A stretch of 64,000 nucleotides of DNA from positions 32,001 to 96,000 of the forward strand of contig JAKFBU010000030.1 of NCBI GenBank assembly GCA_036676985.1, given 5' to 3'. This DNA is from Candidatus Sericytochromatia bacterium (lineage in GTDB: Bacteria > Cyanobacteriota > Sericytochromatia > S15B-MN24 > UBA4093). The notes beneath the pieces were generated by a model. That model made no database searches. It was given only the letters and a program-made list of their open reading frames with translations, and was not told where the DNA came from. A program made the position numbers and the translations under genes. Positions within the stretch are counted from its first letter, which is position 1. Every line of letters starts with the position of its first letter. Below are positions 1-10,000 of this stretch, piece after piece.

Positions 1-178
1 CCACCGTGCGGGCCTCGGTGGCCACGCTCTGCGAGGCCTTGGGCAGCTCGACCTTGAGGCTCTGCTGGGCGATGAGGTAGCTGGTCGCGAGGAAGATGAT
101 GAGGAGCACCAGCGTCACGTCCACCAGGGGCGTGACGTTGATGTCGACGATGGGATCGTCGTCGCTACCGGACCGCAC
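1..178 (-). CDS. exbD: ExbD/TolR biopolymer transport protein (runs off the window edge)
   Basis: Manual translation from GTG 178: MRSGSDDDPIVDINVTPLVDVTLVLLIIF...VELPKA, with the typical INxTPLxDV motif; overlaps the exbB stop. Confidence 0.85.
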   Translation of the reverse strand, partial: MRSGSDDDPIVDINVTPLVDVTLVLLIIFLATSYLIAQQSLKVELPKASQSVATEARTV

Positions 179-809
179 GCACAGCCTCCGACTTCTGGTC
201 GGCGATCGCCAGGGCGTGGATGGCCTCGGCGGCCTCCTCGAGGCGGTAATCGACCACGCGGATGTGGCGCTGGCAGAGGTTGAAGGCGATGACGGCCGGG
301 ATGGCGACGAGGATGCCCACGGCCGTGGCGACCAGGGCCTCGGAGATGCCCGCCATCACGACCGAGGGGCCCTGGCCCGCGGACGCCCCCAGGTCGTGGA
401 AGGCCTTGATGATGCCGAGCACGGTGCCGAAGAGGCCCACGAAGGGCGCGTTGTTGCCGAGCGTGCCGAGCACGACCAGGCCGCGCTCGGCGGCCGCCTT
501 CTCCTGGAGGCGGTGGGCGAGAAGGGTGGCGCGCAGGCGATCCGGGCCCTGGTGCCAGGAGTCGACCGCCAGCTTGAGCATCCGACCCACGGGCCCGTTG
601 GTCGCTCGGCTCGCCGCCTCGTAATCGCCCCGCGCCAGGGCCGCGACGCCCTCGAGGATGAGGGTGCCCGCCGGCTCACGGTTGCCGAAGAAGTAGGCGA
701 CCCGCTCCAGGATGAGCGTCACCGAAAACATGGAAAAGGCCAGGAGCAAGTAGAGGACCCACTCGCCCCCCCCGTTGCCGATGCCCTTGATGAGTTCCGT
801 GAGGTTCAC
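165..809 (-). CDS. exbB: MotA/TolQ/ExbB proton channel family protein
   Basis: APFVGLFGTVLGII and GISEALVATAVGILVAIPA motifs; directly upstream of exbD. Confidence 0.9.
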   Translation of the reverse strand: MNLTELIKGIGNGGGEWVLYLLLAFSMFSVTLILERVAYFFGNREPAGTLILEGVAALARGDYEAASRATNGPVGRMLKLAVDSWHQGPDRLRATLLAHRLQEKAAAERGLVVLGTLGNNAPFVGLFGTVLGIIKAFHDLGASAGQGPSVVMAGISEALVATAVGILVAIPAVIAFNLCQRHIRVVDYRLEEAAEAIHALAIADQKSEAVRAVR

Positions 810-1088
810 TGCAGCCGCTCCTATCCCGCCCAGATCGTGTCAGCAAGCGAATTTTGTACTAAAGTATAGGATTCATCCTATGACACCCCGGCGATGCCGT
901 CAATCAAGATCGGGCCGTCCCTCGCCGACGACGTGGACATCCCGATCGAGCGGTCGCGACGGGTGCTCCCATCGCCCTCGTCTCTTAACCATTCCTTTCC
1001 CCAAGGTTAGCCACCCCATAAGAACTTCACCCGTCGGAGCCCGGGATAACTCGATATCGACGTGAAGCAATCTTAAGGAGGCACCCTC

Positions 1089-2402
1089 ATGGCGAGCACC
1101 ATTCCCGGCCGACTTCTGTCCGACCTGCTGCCGCAGATCGACCGCAACCGCAACAAGCTCATCGATGCCTCGGAGGCGTCGGTGGCCGGCCGGGTGGGCA
1201 ACCAGAACGGGTTCAACGGGTTCGCCGAGACCGCCGAGGCCCTGGAGTCGGGCCGCGCGGCCCTCAAGGACTTCCGCCTGACGGCCCCGGATGCCGAGGC
1301 CTTCGCGGATCGTCTTGCCGGGGGCGACGCCTGGGTCTCCAAGGAGGACGTCTTCATCTCGGACGCCGCCCGCAGCCGCATCGACGGCTTCGGCGGGGCG
1401 GCCGACGGCCGCGTCTCCAGGGCCGAGCTCGCGGGTGCCTTCCAGCGCCGGGGCTTCGCCCTCCACCGCGACGGCATCTTCCTGTCGAGCGAGGTCGAGG
1501 GCCGCCTGGGCGCCGGTCGTCCGACTCCGCCCGCCGCGGGGCGCCCCACGCCTCCTGCCACCGAGCGCCCGACTCCTCCGTCGACGGGTCGTCCCACGCC
1601 TCCTTCGACCGGCCGTCCCACGCCTCCTGCCAGCGATCGCCCCACGCCTCCGCCGATCGGTCGTCCCACCCCGCCCCCGGTGGACCGCCCGACGCCGCCG
1701 CCCGTCGGCCTCGATCCCCGCGAGGTGTCGAGCCGCTACCAGGAGCAGCGCCGCACCCTTTCGGACCTCTACAACCGCTCCGGCGGCGTCATGAGCTACA
1801 GCGAGTTCCAGCGCCGCGACAAGGAGCTGATCCAGCGCGCCGTCGCCGACCTGGTGGACGTCACGGGGGACGCCTCCTATGGGACCCGGCGTCAGGCCCT
1901 TTCGGACATCTACAACCGCGCCAGCGGCAACATGAGCTACAGCGAATTCCAGAGCGCCGACAAGAGCCTCATCCGGGCTGCCGTCGACCAGGTCCTCTAC
2001 GTTCCGGGCGCCTATGCGCAGCGTCGTTCGGAGCTGTCGGACATCTACAACCGTGCGAGCGGCAACATGAGCTACTCGGAGTTCCAGGCCGCGGACAAGA
2101 GCCTGATCCGCGCGACGCTCGACGAGCTGCTCATGACCCCGGGCGACTACCGGACGCAGCGCCGGGACCTGTCGGACCTCTACAACCGCGCCAGCGGCAA
2201 CATGAGCTACAGCGAGTTCCAGAGCGCGGACAAGGAGCTCATCCGGTACGCCGTCGACGACCTGCTGCGGATGCCCGGCTCGTTCGACGACAAGAAGCGC
2301 CGCCTCTCGGAGATCTACAACCTCGCGAGCGGCAACATGAGCTACTCGGAGTTCCAGGCCGCGGAGCGCCGCCTCCTCGACCAGTCGCTCGGCCGCCTGT
2401 AA
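1089..2402 (+). CDS. Hypothetical modular protein: EF-hand-like N-terminus, Pro-rich linker, five C-terminal ~45-aa repeats
   Basis: RBS AAGGAGG; DRNRNKLIDASE loop; 8x RPTPP; 5x LS(D/E)(L/I)YNxxxGxMSYSEFQ; terminator downstream. Confidence 0.85.
   Translation: MASTIPGRLLSDLLPQIDRNRNKLIDASEASVAGRVGNQNGFNGFAETAEALESGRAALKDFRLTAPDAEAFADRLAGGDAWVSKEDVFISDAARSRIDGFGGAADGRVSRAELAGAFQRRGFALHRDGIFLSSEVEGRLGAGRPTPPAAGRPTPPATERPTPPSTGRPTPPSTGRPTPPASDRPTPPPIGRPTPPPVDRPTPPPVGLDPREVSSRYQEQRRTLSDLYNRSGGVMSYSEFQRRDKELIQRAVADLVDVTGDASYGTRRQALSDIYNRASGNMSYSEFQSADKSLIRAAVDQVLYVPGAYAQRRSELSDIYNRASGNMSYSEFQAADKSLIRATLDELLMTPGDYRTQRRDLSDLYNRASGNMSYSEFQSADKELIRYAVDDLLRMPGSFDDKKRRLSEIYNLASGNMSYSEFQAAERRLLDQSLGRL
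1515..1706 (+). repeat. Intragenic 24-bp tandem repeat x8 encoding xRPTPPxx
   Basis: GRPTPPAA-GRPTPPAT-ERPTPPST-GRPTPPST-GRPTPPAS-DRPTPPPI-GRPTPPPV-DRPTPPPV. Confidence 0.9.
1737..2399 (+). repeat. Intragenic ~135-bp repeat x5
   Basis: Recurring tacaacc...ggc...atgagctac...gagttccag blocks at about 135-141 bp spacing. Confidence 0.9.
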
Positions 2403-2416
2403 CGTCTTCCACCGTC

Positions 2417-2453
2417 AGCGTCCCGGGGCCGCAGCCCCGGGACGCTTCTCTTT
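2417..2453 (+). terminator. Rho-independent terminator
   Basis: AGCGTCCCGGGGC-CGCA-GCCCCGGGACGCT followed by TCTCTTT. Confidence 0.8.
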
Positions 2454-2477
2454 GAAACGAGCTTGGAGCCTATCGAG

Positions 2478-2523
2478 CCCCACAACAAACCCGTTCACAT
2501 TGAGGCTCTCGAAATGCGAACGG
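2478..2523. repeat. Small palindromic dispersed repeat, copy A
   Basis: CCCCACAAC-N4-CCGTTC..TGAG..TCGAA..CGAACGG, shared with 44924-44995. Confidence 0.55.
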
Positions 2524-2599
2524 TTCCTCCCGTGCATGATCCCTCCTGGGACATCCCCTCAAGAGGCCCAAACGGCGCCCCTTGAGGTATCATGGCCGC

Positions 2600-3193
2600 A
2601 TGCTCAGCCCGCACTTCCTGGATCTGCCCCGCATGGACGCCCGCGACCTCGCCGAGAACACGGTCGCAGCCGCCCGTCGCCTCCTCGGCTGCGTGCTCGT
2701 GCGCCGCGAGGGCGACGTCCTCATGGCGGGCCGCATCGTCGAGACCGAGGCCTACCGCCCCGACGACCCCGCCTCGCACTCCTTTCGCGGCCCCTCCGCC
2801 CGCAACGCGTCCATGTTCGGCGCGCCCGGACGGGCCTACGTGTACCTCATCTACGGCCTCAACCACTGCCTCAACGTCGTGACCGAGGCCGCAGGCACCG
2901 GCTCCGCCGTCCTGATCCGGGCCCTGGAGCCCCTCTCGGGCCATGACCTCATGCAAGCGCGGCGCAAGAGCCCGCACCTCACCAACGGGCCGGGCCGCCT
3001 TTGCCAGGCCCTCGGCATTGACCGGACCCTCGACGGCGAAGACCTGCTCGGGAGCGATCGCCTCTACCTGCTCGCCGCCCCGCCGCTAGCCGACGACGCC
3101 ATCCTCGCCACCGGCCGCATCGGCATCACCAAGGCGGCCGACTGGCCGTGGCGGTTCGTCATCGCCGGAAACGCCCACCTGTCCAGGAAGTAA
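2600..3193 (+). CDS. mpg: DNA-3-methyladenine glycosylase (AAG/Mpg family)
   Basis: GRIVETEAY, YVYLIYG, CLNVV, LIRALEP, GPGRLCQALGI, RIGI motifs; ATG 2600 preferred over TTG 2582. Confidence 0.92.
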   Translation: MLSPHFLDLPRMDARDLAENTVAAARRLLGCVLVRREGDVLMAGRIVETEAYRPDDPASHSFRGPSARNASMFGAPGRAYVYLIYGLNHCLNVVTEAAGTGSAVLIRALEPLSGHDLMQARRKSPHLTNGPGRLCQALGIDRTLDGEDLLGSDRLYLLAAPPLADDAILATGRIGITKAADWPWRFVIAGNAHLSRK

Positions 3194-3199
3194 ACCGTC

Positions 3200-3228
3200 T
3201 TGCGCTCATTTGTTCGAAACGCTACCAT
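3200..3228 (+). promoter_or_regulatory. Putative sigma70 promoter of recG-rsmD
   Basis: TTGCGC-N17-TACCAT. Confidence 0.45.
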
Positions 3229-3254
3229 GGTCCCGCTGAAGCGGGGATGAGCCC

Positions 3255-5816
3255 ATGTCCACGTCCATCGGAAAACTGCACCAGGCCCTCACGGTCGAGG
3301 CGCGCCACCGCTACCCCAACATCCAGGGGCAGACGGCGCGCTTCGCGGACTTCGTGTGCGAGCAGTTGGCCGTCCTGCGCCTCACCCTGGGTCCCAACCC
3401 CAGCCTCCGGGCCAAGCTCGCCCAGCTGGGCGACGGCTTCGCCCAGTACGACGCCCTGACGCCGCCCGAGCGGCAGACGCTGGTCGACGGCATGATCGCG
3501 GTCCTGCCCTACCTCTCGGGCCCCCGCGCCGAGGCCTTCATGAACGCCCCGATGGGCGTGCTCAGCCCCGCGGACTCGGCCCGCATGGCGGCCAAGGCGG
3601 CACAGGCGAGCAGAGCGGCTCAGGCCGACCAGTCCGTCCGCGAGACGCCGAACCCCTACGCGAAAAAGCCCGCCGCTCCCCGTACCGGCGCCCCCAAGGT
3701 CGACGGCAAGGGGCTCGACCAGGCCGTGCAGTTCGTCAAGGGCGTGGGCCCGCGCATGGCCGAGAGCCTCGCCAAGCTCGGCATCCTCACGGTGCGCGAC
3801 CTCGTGCATCACTTCCCGCGCAAGCACCTCTACTACGACAACCGCACGCTCATCCGGGACCTCAAGGAAGGCGACGAGGTCTCCATCTGGGGGACCGTCC
3901 GCAAGGTCGAGGCCTTCAACCCGCCGCGCAAGCCCAACATGTGCATCATGACCGTCACCGTCAGCGACGGGACGGGCTCCGTGACGGCCCGCTGGTTCCA
4001 GGGCAAGGCCAACCGCTACCAGATGGACCAGTTCAAGAAGCGCTTCCCCATCGGGTGGCGGGTGCTCCTGTCGGGCGTGGTGCGCTACGACGAGTTCCAG
4101 GGCCGCAAGTTCTTCGATCGCCCCGAGGCCGAGGTCCTGGGCGAGAGCGGCGAGGAGGAGACGGACTCGCTGCACATGGGGCGCATCGTGCCCGTCTACC
4201 CGCTGACCGAGGGGCTGCACCTCAAGGGGCTCAGAAACGCGATCCACGCGGCCCTCGAGGCCTTCGGGCCACTGATCACGGACCCCATGCCCCCGGCCCT
4301 TATTAAGCGCAACGGGCTCATGGGCCGCCGCGAGGCCATCCGGGCCTACCACTTCCCCTCCTCCAAGGAGGAAGAGAAGCGAGCCAAGGAGCGCCTGGTC
4401 TACGACGAGTTCTTCTGGCTGCAGCTGGGGCTCGCCTACCGCCGGGCCCAGATCCGCAAGAACAGCGAGAGCATCGCCATCCCGGCCAAGGGCGAGCTCA
4501 CCGAGAAGCTCCTGGCCGCCCTGCCGTTCCAGCTCACGGGCGCCCAGGCCCGGGTCTTCGACGAGATCCGGCGCGACCTCGCGGCCTCCGAGGCCATGAA
4601 CCGCCTGGTGCAGGGGGACGTGGGCTCCGGAAAGACGGTCGTGGCCCTCCTGAGCCTCTTGGTCGCCGTCGAGAACGGCTACCAGGGCGCCCTCATGGCC
4701 CCCACCGAGATCCTCGCCGAGCAGCACTACAAGAAGTTCGTCGAGTGGCTCACGCCCCTCGGCATCCCCTGCGCGCTCCTGCTCGGCAAGCAGGGCAAGC
4801 GCGAGCGCAACCAGTATCTCAAGGCGATCGCCGCCGGCTACACGCCCATCACCGTGGGAACCCACGCCCTCATCCAGCAGGGCGTCGAGTTCCAGAACCT
4901 GGGGCTGGTCGTCATCGACGAGCAGCACCGCTTCGGCGTCAAGCAGCGCGCCGAGCTGCGCAGCAAGGGCCGGCACCCCGAGGTCCTGACCATGACGGCC
5001 ACCCCCATTCCGCGCACCCTGGCCCTCTCCATGCACGGGGACCTGGACGTCTCGGTCATCGACGAGCTGCCGCCCGGCCGCAAGCCCATCCAGACGTCCT
5101 GGGTCTCCTCCAAGGGCCGCAAGGGCGCCTGGGAGCTCGTCCGCCGGGAGCTCGGCATCGGCCGCCAGGCCTACATCGTCTTCCCGCTCATCGACAAGAG
5201 CGAAGAGATGGAGAACGTGCGCGCGGCCACCGAGGAGGCCGAGGTCCTCCAGCACAAGGTCTTCCCGGAGTACCGGGTGGGCCTCTTGCATGGCCAGATG
5301 CCCGCCGACGAGAAGGAGGCCATGATCGAGGCCTTCCGCAAGCACGAGCTCGACATCCTGGTGGCCACCACCGTCATCGAGGTGGGCGTGGACGTGCCCA
5401 ACGCCTCGGTCATGGTCATCGAGAACGCCGAGCGCTTCGGCCTGAGCCAGCTTCACCAGCTAAGAGGCCGCGTGGGCCGGGGCGCCGACCAGTCGTACTG
5501 CATCCTCGTCACGAGCTCCCCGTCCGAGGCCACCAAGCAGCGCATGGAGGTCATGGTCGCCACCAACGACGGCTTCGTCATCGCCGAGCAGGACCTCAAG
5601 CTGCGCGGCCCCGGCGAGTTCCTGGGCACCCGCCAGAGCGGTCTGCCGGACTTCGTGCTCGCAGACCTCACGGCCGACACCCACGCCCTCGAAGAGGCGC
5701 GCAAGGCGGCCTTCGAGCTCATGGGGCAAGACCCCGAGCTCGCGCGTCACCCGGAGGTCAAGGCCGAGCTGTACCGTCACTTCCAGTCCAACCTGGGCTT
5801 CTTGGGAATCGGATAA
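3255..5816 (+). CDS. recG: ATP-dependent DNA helicase RecG
   Basis: QGDVGSGKT, DEQHRFG, TATPIPRT, QLRGRVGRG, RGPGEFLGTRQSG. Confidence 0.97.
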   Translation: MSTSIGKLHQALTVEARHRYPNIQGQTARFADFVCEQLAVLRLTLGPNPSLRAKLAQLGDGFAQYDALTPPERQTLVDGMIAVLPYLSGPRAEAFMNAPMGVLSPADSARMAAKAAQASRAAQADQSVRETPNPYAKKPAAPRTGAPKVDGKGLDQAVQFVKGVGPRMAESLAKLGILTVRDLVHHFPRKHLYYDNRTLIRDLKEGDEVSIWGTVRKVEAFNPPRKPNMCIMTVTVSDGTGSVTARWFQGKANRYQMDQFKKRFPIGWRVLLSGVVRYDEFQGRKFFDRPEAEVLGESGEEETDSLHMGRIVPVYPLTEGLHLKGLRNAIHAALEAFGPLITDPMPPALIKRNGLMGRREAIRAYHFPSSKEEEKRAKERLVYDEFFWLQLGLAYRRAQIRKNSESIAIPAKGELTEKLLAALPFQLTGAQARVFDEIRRDLAASEAMNRLVQGDVGSGKTVVALLSLLVAVENGYQGALMAPTEILAEQHYKKFVEWLTPLGIPCALLLGKQGKRERNQYLKAIAAGYTPITVGTHALIQQGVEFQNLGLVVIDEQHRFGVKQRAELRSKGRHPEVLTMTATPIPRTLALSMHGDLDVSVIDELPPGRKPIQTSWVSSKGRKGAWELVRRELGIGRQAYIVFPLIDKSEEMENVRAATEEAEVLQHKVFPEYRVGLLHGQMPADEKEAMIEAFRKHELDILVATTVIEVGVDVPNASVMVIENAERFGLSQLHQLRGRVGRGADQSYCILVTSSPSEATKQRMEVMVATNDGFVIAEQDLKLRGPGEFLGTRQSGLPDFVLADLTADTHALEEARKAAFELMGQDPELARHPEVKAELYRHFQSNLGFLGIG

Positions 5817-6359
5817 ATGCAAGTCATCGCAGGCACGCACCGCGGGCGCAAGCTCAAGACCCTCAAAGGAGACCTCACCCGGCCGACCAGCGGCCTGGTA
5901 CGGGGCGCCATGTTCAGCATCCTGGGCGATCGCCTCCCCGATGCGCGGGTGCTCGACCTGTATGCAGGCAGCGGAGCGCTCGCCATCGAGGCCCTGTCAC
6001 GCGGAGCCCGAGACGCCGTCCTCGTCGAGCGCGCGGCCGACGCCCAGAAGGTCATCCAGGACAACCTGCAGGCCTTGGGGCTGGGCGAACGCGCCACTCT
6101 GGTCCGGGGCGACGTCTCGGGCAAGCTCAAGGCCCTCGTGGGCCCCTTCGACGTGGTGCTCGCCGACCCTCCCTACCGCACCGTCGATTGGTCCCAGTTG
6201 CTTCAGGCCCTCCAGACCCCGGGCCTCCTGGCACCCGGAGCCGTGGTGCTCGCCGAGCATGCCCGGGGCGAGGCCCTTCCAGCCGCGTGCGGCTCCCTGA
6301 CCCTCGCCAGGACCTACCAGTACGGCGAGACGCACCTCGCCCTCTATCACCTGGCCTGA
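5817..6359 (+). CDS. rsmD: 16S rRNA m2G966 methyltransferase RsmD
   Basis: RPTS, LDLYAGSGALAIEALSRGA, DPPY, YGET; abuts recG. Confidence 0.92.
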   Translation: MQVIAGTHRGRKLKTLKGDLTRPTSGLVRGAMFSILGDRLPDARVLDLYAGSGALAIEALSRGARDAVLVERAADAQKVIQDNLQALGLGERATLVRGDVSGKLKALVGPFDVVLADPPYRTVDWSQLLQALQTPGLLAPGAVVLAEHARGEALPAACGSLTLARTYQYGETHLALYHLA

Positions 6360-6702
6360 CGGGGGATCCCGCTCCGGCCCGCCGATCCGCTGGGGCGGCG
6401 CCGTTGCGCGCTTTCGCTTAGAAAGCTCACACGAATGAGCCAATCCTTACGGCCACCCGGCGAGGGGGGTCCCGACCGCTCCTGGGCACCGACCTCCGAT
6501 AGTCGAGCAGTCGCCGTCGCGGCGAGCCGGCATGGGTCGAGCGCTCGATGGCACCATGCCGACGTTTGAGCGTCCTCGGGATCGATTGACAGGCAGGCCT
6601 CCGATCGAGGACACTAAGGCTTGTTACATATATTCATTATAATTTATGAACGATCGGCCTGGACACAGGTCATAGGAACTGGCCTAGAGGAAAGGAGCGC
6701 GC

Positions 6703-7029
6703 ATGCTGCAGCTCGATATCCAACAGACCCCCGAGGAAACGGTTCTCCTGCTGTCCGGGGCGGTGGATACCCGCGAACTTTCGCAGCTCGACACCCAACT
6801 CGACGTCCTGATCGGCACCTTCCGGCCCGTCGTCGTGGCCGACCTCAGCCAGCTCGGCAGCCTCACGAGCGTGGGGCTCAAGTCCTTCATCCGCCTGGAG
6901 CGGCGGCTCACGATCTGCGGCAAGCGCTTCGTCATCCGGCACGCACCCGCGCACATCAAGCGGGTCTTCGAGTACTGCGGCTTGGACGTCTACTTCTCGT
7001 TCGAGAGCCCCCCCGGCCGTATGGCTTGA
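6703..7029 (+). CDS. STAS-domain anti-sigma factor antagonist (RsbV/SpoIIAA-like)
   Basis: LSGAVDT, DLSQLGSLTSVGL, RVFEYCGL; RBS AAAGGAG. Confidence 0.82.
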   Translation: MLQLDIQQTPEETVLLLSGAVDTRELSQLDTQLDVLIGTFRPVVVADLSQLGSLTSVGLKSFIRLERRLTICGKRFVIRHAPAHIKRVFEYCGLDVYFSFESPPGRMA

Positions 7030-7062
7030 GAGGGGACTGACCGAGCACCAAAGCCACGTGCC

Positions 7063-10000
7063 TCAGGCGCTCCGTGGGCCCGAAGGGGTCACCTCCGGCT
7101 GCTCCGATACGGAAGGAACGAACCCTACCTGGATCATGTAGTCGAGGTAGGTGTCGAAGAGCCTTCCATCCAATGGAGGACAGGGGATCATGCCGGGTGC
7201 CAGTCGCTCCCATGTGTAGCCGCAGTCGAACGCCGGGGACTGGTCCAGGAAGAACAGCTCCCACAAGGACGGCGGCTCTCCGGGCGCGCGCTCGGCGAAG
7301 AACGGTTGCAGCACCCGCAAGGCATCGTCGGGTTGGTCACCCGAGATCCGGGCGAGGTGATGCTTCCACTCCTCCAGGGGCATCAAGCGGATGGGATAGC
7401 CCTTGGCCCGTAGGTGTTCGGCCAAGCTCCGCCACGTCGCGGGCCGGGGATGGATCAGGTGGAAGACCTGGTCGGTCTGAGGGGCTTGCAGCGATAGCTC
7501 GACGATGGCCTGGCTCACGACCTCCACCGGCAGGATATCGAGGGGCGTCTCCGCATCCGGGGCGGCCTGCATCCGGATCCACGCCTGGACCATGCGGCAG
7601 ACCATGTCGCTCAGGTTGCTGACTCCCGTCCGCTGGGAGCCGCCGATGAAGCCCGGTCGATACACCGAGACGGGCAGCCCCCGTTCCTGTGCCGCCACCA
7701 CCAGCTTCTCGGCGACCCACTTGCTTTGCAGGTAGCCGCTGATGACGCTCTGCCAGCGCTCGGGCCAGTCCGTCTCGACGACCCGCCGTCCTGCGAACTC
7801 CTCGGTCGCGAACAGGGCGAGCGTCGAGACCATGTGTACCGGCTTGATCCGGGTATGGAAGGCCAAGCGCAGGATCTCCTGCGTCCCGATGACGTTGGGG
7901 CCCTTCAAGGCCGCGTAGGGATAGAGGTGGTTGGGCTCGGCCCCGCAGTGGTAGATGACATCCACCTCCTGAGCCAGCTGGGCGAATCGCTCGCCGGACA
8001 AGCCCAGGCGCGGCAGCGTCAGATCGCCATGGACGGCCTCGATCCGGGTCGCATGGGCCTCCTGCCACAGGCCATGCGCCTCCAGGTTCTCCCGGACCCG
8101 CCGCATGGCATCGCCCGGCTCGGCAGCTCGAACGAGACAGTACACCTTGGCTGGGGTCGCCTCCAGCAGATCGTGCAACAGGTAGGCCCCGAGCAGGCCC
8201 GTGGCACCCGTGAGCAGCAACGTCTCGGGCTCCGCACGAACGGGCAGGGGGTCTGCAGGCGGCACGATGGTCGGATCGAGCACCGCCTCCTGGGTCAGGT
8301 CGATGGTCGCCGCCGTGCTTTCGGTCCCCTGCTCGAAGGTCTCGAGCACGTGCTCGGCGAGGTCGCGAATCGAGAGCCCCTCGAGAAACTTGACGACGGG
8401 GATCACGCACTCCAGGCCGTCTCGGATCCGGTTCTTGAGCTCGGTGGCCGTCAATGAGTCGAGGCCCAGCCGGGGCAGCGCGACTTCCGGATCGATGCGG
8501 GCGACGGGGATCCGCAAGGAGCGGCTGAGCTCCTGGGCGAGATACGCGACGAGCCGATCCTGGCGCGCCTCGGTGGGCAACGCCAGTAGTTCTTGCCGCA
8601 GCGAACCCGCGGCCGGGATGCGGAGCTCGAGCGCCTCTTCCGTCGCTTGCTCGGGGATCAAGTGGGCGTACAGCGGCTTCGCCCCCGCACGGTGCCCGAA
8701 CCGGGCCCAGTCCATGGGCAGTACCGCGGCCTGCGCTGGGGTCGAGCCCAGGAGCCGGCTCAAGGCCTCCAGCCCCATGTCTGGCCGGATGCCGGCAAGC
8801 CCCAGCTGCGCCAGCCGTTCGCCGCGGTTTTCCTCGGCGGCCGCGAGGCCGACCTGGGCCCAGGGGCCCCAGTTGATGCTGAGGGCAGGAAGCCCTTCGC
8901 TCCGACGATGGTGGGCCAGCGCATCCAGGTAGGCGTTGGCGGCCGCATAGGCGCCCTGGCCGCTCGAGCCCAGGAGGGACGAGGCCGACGAGAACAGGAC
9001 GAAGAAGTCGAGGGGCAGCTCCCGGGTGAGGGCATGCAGGTTCCAGGCGCCGCCAATCTTGGGAGCCATCACCCGCTGGAACCGCTCAGCGTCGAGGGCG
9101 AGCAGCATGCCGTCATCCAAGAGGCCTGCGGCATGGACGACGCCCCGGAGCGGAGCCCCGTCACCCGTTGCGGCCAGCGCCGTGCGGAGCTGATCGGAAT
9201 CGGTCACGTCCGCCAGCGCGACGGTGACCGAGACCCCGGCCTGCCGTAACTCGGAGAGGACCTGATCCGCCTCGCCCCGAGGAGCCGACCGCCCCAGCAG
9301 CAGCAGGTGGCGCGCGCCGTGATCGGCCAGCCACCGCGAGACGAGCAAGCCAAGAGCCCCCAGGCCCCCGGTGATGAGATAGGTCGCATCCGGTCGGAAG
9401 GCCAGGACCTCGTCGGGTCGAGCCTCCGACTCCGATAGCGGCTGCAGCCTTTCGAGGTACCGGACTCCCGAGCGGATGGCCACGAGTGTTTCCGCATCGT
9501 CCGCCAGGATCTCGGCGGCGAGGCCGGCAAGGTCTCGGGCCCCAGGGTCGGGCTCCAGGTCGAGGCAGGTACAGCGGAGCTCGGGGTGCTCCTGGGCGAT
9601 GGTCTTGCCCAGCCCCCACATGGGGGCCTCCATCAGGGCGCTCGCCGATACGTCCGCGACGGGCTGAACGCCCGCGGTCACCAGGTAGAGGCGAGGAGCC
9701 TGGGGCCAGGCCGTCTCCCCGATGGCCTGGATCAAGGCCAGGACGCTGTGGCACCCGGAGGTCTGCGCTGCCGCAAGGGCTGCCGGGGTGAGGAGCTGGC
9801 CCGCCACGGGTGAGCGTCCCCCCAGATGCACGATGGTGGTGCAGGCCGGGCCCTCCGTAGCGCCGATGGCTTCGAGCAGCCGGACCATATCCTCGCGCGC
9901 GTCCGGTCGCAACCGGAAGCGCCGCTTGCTCGACCGTTCGTAGCCCGGTCCCGGCAAGGCCAGGTAGCATGTGATGCCCTTGGCCTCCAGGAGGGTCGCC

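Noticed and set aside
1737-2399. Regularly spaced DNA repeats resembling a CRISPR array
   Set aside because: They are in-frame coding repeats with synonymous variation and similar 'spacers'; no cas genes are present
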